Notes: generated by a model from the sequence alone, not told the origin. DNA of 63,981 bases, filler included, from Octopus bimaculoides (GCF_001194135.2; 7 parts of 7 records of this genome joined end to end with filler, not necessarily neighbours in it); one strand, 5' to 3'; shown: positions 12,175-21,579, numbered from the whole stretch's first letter. Numbers and translations: made by a program.

Positions 12175-13720
12175 TCTCTTTATAGGCCACATATGTAAAA
12201 AAAAATATACTTAGGGCTACAGAGGGACAGAAAACAGTGAGGATTTACATATACAAGTGTAAACAAGGAAACAATAACAATTAACAACAAAATAACCAAA
12301 TAGAGGGGCGTCAATACCACACAGAGGTAACAAAGGAACCTCACTAATCCTAGCTCACACTAACCATCAAAGTTAGCTCACACTAACCATCAAAGTTAGC
12401 TCACACTAACCATCAAAGTTAGCTCACACTAACCATCAAAGTTAGCTCACACTAACCATCAAAGTTAGCTCACACTAACCATCAAAGTTAGCTCACNNNN
12501 NNNNNNNNNNNNNNNNNNNNNNNNNNNNNNNNNNNNNNNNNNNNNNNNNNNNNNNNNNNNNNNNNNNNNNNNNNNNNNNNNNNNNNNNNNNNNNNNNNNN
12601 NNNNNNNNNNNNNNNNNNNNNNNNNNNNNNNNNNNNNNNNNNNNNNNNNNNNNNNNNNNNNNACCATCAAAGTTAGCTCACACTAACCATCAAAGTTAGC
12701 TCACACTAACCATCAAAGTTAGCTCACACTAACCATCAAAATTAGCTCACATTAACCATCAAAGTTAGTTCACACTAACCATCAAAGTTAGCTCACACTA
12801 ACCATCAAAGTTAGCTCACACTAACCATCAAAGTTAGCTCACACTAACCATCAAAATTAGCTCACATTAACCATCAAAGTTAGTTCACACTAACTGTTCT
12901 CTCATGCAAACTCAGAACAGGTGCACTTACTCAGGCCACCCTCACCATATTCACTCCTCTATCAAAAAATTTGCTAGAGGTACCTCACTCTCCACTCTCA
13001 TCTACTTAAAAGTGAATGAGGTCTTGGCTGAGGATCAGATAGTTTGTCTTCAGCCCTTTCAGCCTCGACTACCACATAAACATCTTTTAATATAGCTACT
13101 AGGCAGAGGAAAACTGTCTGCCCATTTTGGCTAAAGTGGGGCACGATAATCTTGATGATGGAGTCAACTGACAGCTGGATCCATGCTACATATGATAGCA
13201 ACTGTTTGACACAATTCTACAACTAAGAAATACTTGGACATTTTACAAGTACACGCAGAACAGTTTCATTGCTCTGCATACATCTCAGACAACTCTGTCT
13301 GATGGTACTTCCAAACCTGCAAGGTTTATCTCAAACCAGTAGCAGACCTTATAAGCACAACTAGACCAAAATATATATGTTCATCACCTCGCTACTATTC
13401 TTTTCCACTTGAGTTCTGGACCAGATCAGAATCCTAGCAATTTAACCTGTCTGTCCAATGCCCTATGACATTGTTAGGTAGCATGAATCTGCCTCTCCAC
13501 GTGCTGAGTTGCAGGCCCACTAACATTTTGTGGTTACTTTTAGTTCTTATCACAGCTTTATATTCCTTCAGGGTGGTGCCGATCACCCCAATGTGTTTGT
13601 AACCACAGCACATATACTGAGGTGATGGTTTTGTTCGATATCTGAATAGCACTTCTCCTGGTGTTTGTAGTATAGGTGGTGACTGGGTTAATAATGACCA
13701 TATCACTCCCTACCTTTATC
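12175..13720 (-). mobile_element. Tx1/L1-clade LINE 3' part 2
   Basis: IGTTLKEYKAV...GLQLSTWRGR; zinc knuckle CLRCMQSNETVLRVLVKCP; VFLCLVAILK..W*SRLKGLKT; 3' end tggcctataaagag abuts (ATT)n. Confidence 0.75.
12351..12894. repeat. 23-bp minisatellite (TAACCATCAAAGTTAGCTCACAC)n, spanning a gap
   Basis: Exact 23-nt period on both sides of the N-gap at about 12497-12662. Confidence 0.98.
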
Positions 13721-13962
13721 TTCTATGTATGAGGGTGTGGTCTGGTCCTTTATGCTGGGTTCTTTTTTTTTTTTCCTAAACTAATCTTACAGCAAAGATA
13801 TCTTCTCTGAACTCTTCCCCATCAATCTCATATGTTTTTAAAACTGTAAATTAAGAGATTTCTTATAAAATTTTAAAACCAGTGTTTATCACAGAAACTA
13901 AAACTGAGAACTGCTCACAATTCCTCATTCAATCATTACCACAATAAAACAATCATCTAACA

Positions 13963-14266
13963 CAGTGGTTCCCAAACTTTTACGGGTAGCTGCCCCATGA
14001 CACCCAGGTCAAATTCCTAGCGACCCCACCCCAACTAACCATCACAAGCATAGACCTCTTTCTGAAGCAAATTCAAAACATCTGTATTTCACAAATAAAA
14101 CTCAACCTAATGAAGCCATTATTTTGTTGTTTTTCGTGAATCACTACCCCATTATCACTTCACTTTTTACATGAATCGCTACCTCGTGATTGCCCCACTT
14201 TTCTTCAATGCCCCTTTTGAACTTTCTACTGTCCCAAGGGAGCAATACCACCCACTTTGGGAACCA
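13963..14266. mobile_element. hAT-type MITE
   Basis: Ends CAGTGGTTCCCAAA / TTTGGGAACCA; right tip and TSD eroded. Confidence 0.65.
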
Positions 14267-15412
14267 TTAACACATACACATAATAAAAGTATCCTACACC
14301 AGAACATCATCAATAATTTGTGTCAACTTACATTGACTCTCAAGCTAGAAGCAATAATACAAGCTTTGATCCTCTCAGACCTGAGCCACTGTGTCTAACT
14401 TTACCTTCCACCTGGGCTCCTGAGCAAAAAAAATGAATAGTTGCATACACAGCTCAAGTGTAATGATTGGAAGAAAACTAATGGAATTTCAAAATATATT
14501 CAGGAGAATAACAATGATAGGCCTATCTCTCAAATGCCATATTTGGTCGTTGCAGGTAAACCAATGGACAGAATCAGAAAAAGACTAAAACAGAGGAAAA
14601 TAACCATAATAGGCTTATATCTCAGTTACTGTAGTTGTTCACCTGAACCGCTACTTTCTTCATCATTTTCACCACTTTGATTGTCTGAATCACTCTCAGT
14701 GTATGTGTAAGGGTAAACTTATCATCAGAAGAATAAATATCATCAACAATTACCTCAATTGTGTCTAGGCCTTGCTCTTTTAACAGATGAAGTGCTGGGT
14801 TCATCGCATACATGTTTCATTGCAAAAGAATCTCAGGGTTTGTTTTTTTTTGTTAAAAAACAAAAGTAAACAACAGCTATGAGGAACACCATTAAAAATG
14901 AGTCATAAACACATGTGACTACAAAGCTGCAATCTGATTGGTTGTCCGTTCTTCGTATTTTATCTTCTTTTTCTATGTCCCTGGTTCATTACCACTTAAA
15001 TAAGAACCCAGAAGGGATTATGTTTAGGTTATTTCCATTAAACTGGAAACATGGCACAATATGATTAAAAGAAAATACACAGTTTTATGGTGTTATTTTC
15101 AGTGTTGTAGTTTATGCTGAAATGTTTGGTTAGTTCACCAACTTCTTACACAGATGACAAGTTAATCACCCAGGTTAGTGCACCAGCTTCTGACAGGAAA
15201 ATGGTTAGAAAGGTTTCCAAACTTTTAAACTTTATGCACACCAAAGTTAAAACAGAGGGATTACTGGATGCAAGATCCAATGTTTCATCATGGCCTCATA
15301 TTTGTTAGTTTGAAAACTCTATATGATATACTGTTGCTCCCTATACGATATGATTCTACAACAATGCCAAAAAAAGAGATTGAGAGGTGATGGTCAGAAA
15401 ATTGTCACTTAC

Positions 15413-15552
15413 CCAATCTTCTTCATTCCTTTTCCTCTCAGTTACTTCTGCAGTTTCTCGTTCCTCCTTTTCAATTCGTTCTTTCTCCTCTCTTTGTAAA
15501 CGTGCTTCCACTTCAAGCCTCTTAATCTTCTCAAGCTCTTCTTTACTTAAGC
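15413..15552 (-). CDS. DNAI7: Internal coding exon (140 nt), probable dynein axonemal intermediate chain 7 (CASC1/CFAP94) N-terminal coiled coil
   Basis: Acceptor tttgaaacag|GC and donor TGG|gtaagt. 2 nt + 46 open codons: LSKEELEKIKRLEVEARLQREEKERIEKEERETAEVTERKRNEEDW. Aligns ungapped to human DNAI7 as recalled from memory (VTKAERLKLLQEEEERRLKEEEEARLKYEKEEMERLEIQRIEKEKW), including K3, E5, K8, RL, EE, R25 and the terminal W. Charged coiled coils can match by chance, so the exon is more certain than the gene name. Confidence 0.65.
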
Positions 15553-15572
15553 CTGTTTCAAATATATATGTA

Positions 15573-15608
<36 letters not shown>

Positions 15609-15954
15609 NNNNNNNNNNTAGTAAAAATATGTCACAAATATTGTATCTGTTATCAAACGTAGCAAAATACTCACAAGTGAGTTTTTGTATTTATATCGAT
15701 TTAAATAAGAGCTAAAACCTGATCCATTTTAAAGACTTTATTATGACCTATGATCATTTTGATGCAATATCCAGATCGATTCATGCATATTATAAAATAT
15801 GGGATACGGTATCTCCTCAGGGTCTTATTAGTAGCAGGCAGACAATAAAAATAGATAACATTCATAGTTGACCTATGATTACATGTAAATAAACAAGTTG
15901 AAAAGACATGAGATGTAATAAAACCGTATAGCATATCGGTGTTGAAACCGTAAT

Positions 15955-15967
15955 CATACCAAGCAAC
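15955..15967 (-). promoter_or_regulatory. Possible RFX X-box
   Basis: GTTGCTTGGTATG matches 11/13 of GTTGCYNGGNRAC, ~400 bp upstream of the putative ciliary-gene exon. Confidence 0.2.
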
Positions 15968-16029
15968 AGCTGTAAGCTAAATTTACTCCAATAAAAGGAA
16001 AATATGTAATGACCATTGTTCTTAATTTG

Positions 16030-16067
<38 letters not shown>

Positions 16068-16111
16068 NNNNNNNNNNNNNNNNNNNNNNNNNNNNNNNNN
16101 NNNNNNNNNNN

Positions 16112-16123
16112 TTAATTAATTAA
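16112..16123. other. Assembly linker TTAATTAATTAA inside an N-gap (also 28558, 51177, 55279, 57763, 61931)
   Basis: Identical 12-mer with stops in all six frames, always flanked by Ns. Confidence 0.95.
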
Positions 16124-16286
16124 NNNNNNNNNNNNNNNNNNNNNNNNNNNNNNNNNNNNNNNNNNNNGAGATTTTCTGTAAGTAAACCGTTTAGCAGTTC
16201 TAGTAGTTTTTCGTTTTTGATTTATTTATAATTTACACAAATTATTTTATGTTAATTTCAATTGATTTTTAGTTTTAGATTTAAAC

Positions 16287-17159
16287 ATGGATAAATTTCT
16301 ATTGAGACTTCAGGAAAATGAGAGAGTCGTAGCAAACAAGACGAACACCGGAATAAAAAGTCCACCTCATCAAAACGAAAATATAATGAATATTACATCC
16401 AATATGGTTTTATATTATCAGAAAAAGACAATCTCTTTGTGAACTGAAATAATGTTTCTTCGATGCTGAAAATTCTGGATTTGAATTTCTTAACGAGGAT
16501 AATTGATGGCTGGAAGTAGCATTTCTCAACGATCTTTTTGAGAAGCTGAACGTTTTAAATTTGAGTCTGCAAGGAGCGAACGAAAATATTATTCCGATTA
16601 AAGTCTTTCACCGCCAAGTTAGAACTGTGAATAAGGTAAGTTAAACACTCGCAGCTTGATTGCTTTCCAGGCGTAGAGGCTTTTCCAAACAAATTTAAAA
16701 TTTTGTCAGAAGTGCAGAAGACAGTAGAAAACCTCTCTGTATCATTTTCTAAGTATTTGCCATCACTTGATAATCAAATGTATGAAGGGGTCATCAATCT
16801 TTTCGCAAGGTACGACAGTACACAGCAGTCATTAACGTTAACAGAGGAAGAAAATTTAACAGTCTTGAAATATGTTCCTGTACACAAAGCCTCATTTTCT
16901 GTGCTAGAATAGTCAGAATTTTGGATTTCGCTTTGGGAGCCAATATCCTCGATTAGCAACTACAACCGTTAAAACTCTGTTGCCCTTTGGACCATCGTAT
17001 CTTTGCGAATTAGGTATCACTGCACTTATAGAAATGAAGTAAAACAAAGACCGGGAACGATTACAGATAATAGATGAAGTGTTACGTATTTGTTTATCTA
17101 ATTTAGAGCCGCGTTTTGACAAATTTCTTTCTCAAAATCATTTGCATCTTTCTCACTAA
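16287..17159 (+). pseudogene. Internally deleted hAT Buster-family (ZBED5/FAM200-like) transposase
   Basis: MDKFL...KRKYNEYYIQYGF at the start; dimerisation domain QYPRLA...LLPFGPSYLCELGITAL.EMK*...LRICLSNLEPRFD...NHLHLSH* at the end. Confidence 0.85.
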
Positions 17160-17742
17160 AGACACTATTATTGTATTATATTACTTATATATATANNNNN
17201 NNNNNNNNNNNNNNNNNNNNNNNNNNNNNNNNNNNNNNNNNNNNNNNNNNNNNNNNNNNNNNNNNNNNNNNNNNNNNNNNNNNNNNNNNNNNNNNNNNNN
17301 NNNNNNNNNNNNNNNNNNNNNNNNNNNNNNNNNNNNNNNNNNNNNNNNNNNNNNNNNNNNNNNNNNNNNNNNNNNNNNNNNNNNNNNNNNNNNNNNNNNN
17401 NNNNNNNNNNNNNNNNNNNNNNNNNNNNNNNNNNNNNNNNNNNNNNNNNNNNNNNNNNNNNNNNNNNNNNNNNNNNNNNNNNNNNNNNNNNNNNNNNNNN
17501 NNNNNNNNNNNNNNNNNNNNNNNNNNNNNNNNNNNNNNNNNNNNNNNNNNNNNNNNNNNNNNNNNNNNNNNNNNNNNNNNNNNNNNNNNNNNNNNNNNNN
17601 NNNNNNNNNNNNNNNNNNNNNNNNNNNNNNNNNNNNNNNNNNNNNNNNNNNNNNNNNNNNNNNNNNNNNNNNNNNNNNNNNNNNNNNNNNNNNNNNNNNN
17701 NNNNNNNNNNNNNNNNNNNNNNNNNNNNNNNNNNNNNNNNNN

Positions 17743-17945
17743 CTCTCACTCTTACTTCCTGTTTCTATTGTGCCTGTAATTCAAAGAGTCAGCCGTGTCA
17801 CGCTGAATATCCCCGAGAGCTACGTTAAGGGTACACGTGTCTGTGGAGTGCTCAGCCACTTGCAAGTTAATTTCACGAGCAGGCTATGATCGGACCGGAT
17901 CGACTGGAACTCTCGACGTCGTAAGCGACGGAGTGCCAACCACCA
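17743..17945 (+). mobile_element. SINE family 2, 3' half next to a gap
   Basis: Homologous to 30320-30530. Confidence 0.88.
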
Positions 17946-18617
17946 CCATTTACTCCATTTACCCACATGGGGATTAACACATACTTTAAGAAATTATTAT
18001 TTCTTATATTTAATTGTTTATGTTATGATTTTATTTACTCCATGTACCCAGACCTTGTGGACGCCCTGTATATATATGTGCGTGTGTGTGTATGTGTAAG
18101 TATTTGACTTTAAAATAAGTAGAGGGGTCAATTCGCTTGACTAAAACCCTTGAAGGTGGTGCCCAGCATGGCCTCAGTCAATCTCACTGATACTCCGCAT
18201 GTGACTATGCCACACCGAGCCAATTCACATACGAGGGGTCACTCAGCTTTTGATATATTGCTTATCAATTATTTAATGCGCTTTCTAAAGACTACGCCCA
18301 AGTTTTTTAAATATTTTTTGTGACTTAACTTAATCACATTAAATTACAACTGAAGAGAGGCGTAGCTTCGTAAAAGTCAAATGTTTCCAGGTAACGTGCC
18401 GTTGCCAGCGTAGAGAATGTGTGGTGAATGGTCAATATAAAGTCACAAAAAAAAAAAAGACTCTTAATCTGTTAGACAATTCTTCTGCTTTTCTACCATT
18501 CTCCATTGACAGTCTACTATCATACAAAATAAACCAACAAAGAGAGTCTCTGTATGCTTACTCAAAATGCTAATAATTGCAGCAATGCTCGAATGGTGCA
18601 CAGCAGTTAAGGTCTTG

Positions 18618-18666
<49 letters not shown>

Positions 18667-18761
18667 TGTGTGTGTTTGTGTGTTGGTCCATATGTAACTA
18701 TATATGTATACATTCGTTCCCAGGTCCTTAACTGCTGTGCTGTTGTCACGCAGTTTCTACA

Positions 18762-19122
18762 CTGCCTTGTGAGTGGATTTGGTCGACGGAAACTGAAAGA
18801 AGCCCGCGTGTGTGTGTGTTGGTGTGTGTGTGTGTGTGCGTGTGTGTATGTGTATGCGCGCGCGCGTATGTGTATGTATGCGTATGTGTGGTATTGCGCA
18901 TGTGTTTTCCCCACCACACAACCTGATAACGGGTGTTTGTGTACGTTCTTACAAAAATAGCGGTTCGGCAAAAGAGACCGATATAATAAGAACCAGGCTT
19001 TAAGAAAAAAAAAAGAAGAAGTACTGGGGTCGATTCATTCGGCAAAAACAAAAAAAAAGACTTCGCGATTGTGCTCCAGCATGGTCGCAGTCCAGTGACA
19101 AAAAACAAACAAAAGAGAAAAG
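18762..19122 (+). mobile_element. SINE family 1, 5'-truncated
   Basis: gccttgtgagtggatttggtcgacggaaactgaaagaagccc through the tail. Confidence 0.85.
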
Positions 19123-20225
19123 TGTAGCCTCGTATGATAGGTTTGGAGACGCAGTAGCAATTTTTGTAGGAAATTAAGTTGTCATCTTCCTATTTTAATA
19201 GATTCTTGTTGTTTCTGTTCGTGTAGGCAGGGTACATCTGCATGATAGCCGTTTCTGGGTTGAATTAGGGTAACGCCTGTTTGCAGAAGATTAAGGACAA
19301 GAGAGGAGTGCTTCGTTTTTGTTGATTTTTTTTGTTATTGTTTCTTTTTTAATCTCCGTAGGATTTTGCCTTGTTTTATAATTGACAGCGTGTAGGACGT
19401 TAATGCACAGAAGTAAATGTGGAGTCGACATAACAATCCCCTAAAGCGGCGATTCGCAAACTAATTGTCTCACAGAACCGTAATACTAATTGCTTGTCAG
19501 ACAAACTCATTCGTGTAGTTTTTTTTTTTTACCATTTATTTTAATCGTCTTCAAAGTTCCGATATTATTTGAATTAACACGGAAAATAGTCTCATATATA
19601 TATATATANNNNNNNNNNNNNNNNNNNNNNNNNNNNNNNNNNNNNNNNNNNNNNNNNNNNNNNNNNNNNNNNNNNNNNNNNNNNNNNNNNNNNNNNNNNN
19701 NNNNNNNNNNNNNNNNNNNNNNNNNNNNNNNNNNNNNNNNNNNNNNNNNNNNNNNNNNNNNNNNNNNNNNNNNNNNNNNNNNNNNNNNNNNNNNNNNNNN
19801 NNNNNNNNNNNNNNNNNNNNNNNNNNNNNNNNNNNNNNNNNNNNNNNNNNNNNNNNNNNNNNNNNNNNNNNNNNNNNNNNNNNNNNNNNNNNNNNNNNNN
19901 NNNNNNNNNNNNNNNNNNNNNNNNNNNNNNNNNNNNNNNNNNNNNNNNNNNNNNNNNNNNNNNNNNNNNNNNNNNNNNNNNNNNNNNNNNNNNNNNNNNN
20001 NNNNNNNNNNNNNNNNNNNNNNNNNNNNNNNNNNNNNNNNNNNNNNNNNNNNNNNNNNNNNNNNNNNNNNNNNNNNNNNNNNNNNNNNNNNNNNNNNNNN
20101 NNNNNNNNNNNNNNNNNNNNNNNNNNNNNNNNNNNNNNNACACACACACACACACACACACACATGGTTCAAAACTGTATAAAGACCAAAAGACAGCAAG
20201 TTTGACACTCAGAAAAAAATGAAGT

Positions 20226-20262
20226 CTTTGCCGTTTCGAGCCTACGCTCTTCTTTAGAAAAG
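20226..20262 (-). ncRNA. Degenerate minimal hammerhead of a second PLE-type family
   Basis: Minus: ccttt-CTAAAGA-A-GAGC gtag GCTC-GAAAC-GG-C-AAAG. Perfect stem II and stem I cttt/aaag; G5 and U16.1 are mutated. Confidence 0.55.
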
Positions 20263-20289
20263 GATGAGAAAAAGCAGTATCAACTAGAC

Positions 20290-20475
20290 CATCAGATGCT
20301 GTTATATATCGCTCAACACAATGCGCTTCCAATTCTGTCTTGATTGCGCCATTTTTCTCCGTCTTGATCCAAATTGCTTGAACAAATCATCTTCCCATTG
20401 TTGTGGAGGTATTCCAAGTGACATTTTCCAATCTCTTGAATACCAGTCGGTAACTCCACGAGATGGATGACGAGA
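20290..20475 (-). mobile_element. RTE-clade LINE ORF C-terminus
   Basis: VTDWYSRDWKMSLGIPPQQWEDDLFKQFGSRRRKMAQSRQNWK resembles the RTE pattern VTEW.PR..KR..GRP..RW.D. Confidence 0.6.
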
Positions 20476-20584
20476 TAGACAGACAGACAGACAGATAGAT
20501 AGACAAACAGACAAACAAACAGATACATATATACAAACAAACAAAAATATCCAATTGTTCAGTTCTATATTTAAGAGATGAGGA

Positions 20585-20827
20585 ATTATTTACATTATTT
20601 ACATTTGACGGATATTTGTCCTCATCTTGTTTGTTGTTAACACAACTTTTCGGCTGATATACCCTCCAGCCTACATCAGGTGTCTTGGGGAAATTTCGAA
20701 CCTGGGTTCTCATTCCTAACGATGTTACTATTATTATTATTATTAATCAGGTCACTGCCGTGAATCGAACTCGGAACTTGGGGTTAGTAGCCCGCGCTCT
20801 TAACCACTACGCCATATGCCCGTGGGC
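20585..20827 (-). mobile_element. PLE terminal repeat copy A, tandem with B
   Basis: Near-identical to copy B (B box GAGTTCGATTC), separated from it by an A/T homopolymer spacer at about 20828-20852. Confidence 0.8.
20639..20684 (-). ncRNA. Hammerhead motif, second tandem copy (degenerate)
   Basis: Same as 20898-20943 but GAAAAGTT in place of GAAACGTT; shares the CTGATGT change. Confidence 0.65.
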
Positions 20828-20852
20828 TTTAAAAAAAAAAAAAATTTTTTTT

Positions 20853-21097
20853 ATTATTTACATTTGACAGATATTTGTCCTCTTCTTGTTTGTTGTTAAC
20901 ACAACGTTTCGGCTGATATACCCTCCAGCCTACATCAGGTGTCTTGGAGAAATTTAGAACCTGGGTTCTCATTCCTAACGATGTTACTATTATTATTATA
21001 TTATTATTATTATTATTAATCAGGTCGCTGCCGTGAATCGAATTCGGAATCTTGGGGTTAGTAGCCCGCGCTCTTAACCACTACGCCATATGCCCGT
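20853..21097 (-). mobile_element. PLE terminal repeat copy B (tRNA-like head + (AAT)n + hammerhead)
   Basis: Minus strand: A box TGGCGTAGTGG, B-box-like GAATTCGATTC, AAT run, hammerhead, tail aatgtaaataat. Confidence 0.8.
20898..20943 (-). ncRNA. Minimal type I hammerhead ribozyme motif (PLE type), core variant CUGAUGU
   Basis: Minus: GACAC-CTGATGT-A-GGCTG gagggtatat CAGCC-GAAAC-GT-T-GTGTT. Stem I GACAC/GTGTT, stem II GGCTG/CAGCC, palindromic stem III ACGT, predicted GUU cleavage between 20903 and 20902. A9 is T. Confidence 0.75.
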
Positions 21098-21124
21098 GTG
21101 CAATTATGGAGTGAATTTTAGGGC

Positions 21125-21370
21125 TTATAAATCTATTATTTTTCTATCCTTCCTCAATACCGGTTCCCATATGCTATTCATATCTGCACTCGGTCTGCTT
21201 AGGAGGTTGTTGTGTCCTAGCATATGTGCTGCTTCTTTTAGTTTTCGTATTTTCCAGTGTTGTTCCCTGTCTATTATTTTAACTTCATCCCACAGGGGGA
21301 TGTGGTCTCCATTTTACCATACATGATCAGCTATACCCGATTTATCAATATCTCCTCGTGTCACAGCTTT
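21125..21370 (-). pseudogene. PLE GIY-YIG endonuclease C-terminal remnant
   Basis: 82 codons: KAVTRGDIDKSGIADHVW*NGDHIPLWDEVKIIDREQHWKIRKLKEAAHMLGHNNLLSRPSADMNSIWEPVLRKDRKIIDL*. Matches the Penelope/Poseidon pattern S.IA.HVW...H...W....I.D.E..W..RK.KEA.H. One internal stop at 21314-21316. Confidence 0.8.
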
Positions 21371-21459
21371 GCATATGGCGTAGTGGTTAAGAGCGCAGGC
21401 TACTAACCCCAAGATTCCGAGTTCGATTCACGGCAGCGAATGTAAATAATGTAAATAAT
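21371..21459 (+). mobile_element. Inverted, internally deleted copy C of the terminal repeat
   Basis: tRNA-like head gcatatggcgtagtgg...gttcgattcacggcagcga fused directly to the tail atgtaaataatgtaaataat; no hammerhead. Confidence 0.75.
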
Positions 21460-21579
21460 ATCCAATTGTTGATGTTGAAATTCCAATGAAAGAGACTTAG
21501 ATCTAGGTTAGAAACCAGCTCTTTCTGTTTTGGTAAGAAATCTTGAAATAAACTGAATAATGACATCCATTCATACATA

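Larger units (their letters stand above)
20560..21456 (-). mobile_element. 5'-truncated Penelope-like element: inverted repeat fragment + GIY-YIG C-terminus + two tandem terminal repeats
   Basis: ORF remnant 21370-21125, repeat copies 21097-20853 and 20827-20585, inverted partial copy 21371-21459. Exact 14-bp direct repeat aatatccaattgtt at 20546-20559 and 21457-21470. Confidence 0.8.

Noticed and set aside
12351-12894. CRISPR-like periodicity
   Set aside because: Units are contiguous with no unique spacers; eukaryotic minisatellite.
14620-14830. Acidic S/D/E-rich minus-strand reading as the next DNAI7 exon
   Set aside because: Contains stops, lacks a matching acceptor and phase, and does not resemble the expected continuation; may be a transposase N-terminal relic.
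18230-18440. TACGAGGG mariner-like end
   Set aside because: No partner TIR or transposase sequence found nearby.
21371-21439. Functional tRNA gene (also the SINE heads at 30147, 37594, 38449)
   Set aside because: A/B boxes are present but the acceptor and anticodon stems do not pair properly; all lie within repeats.
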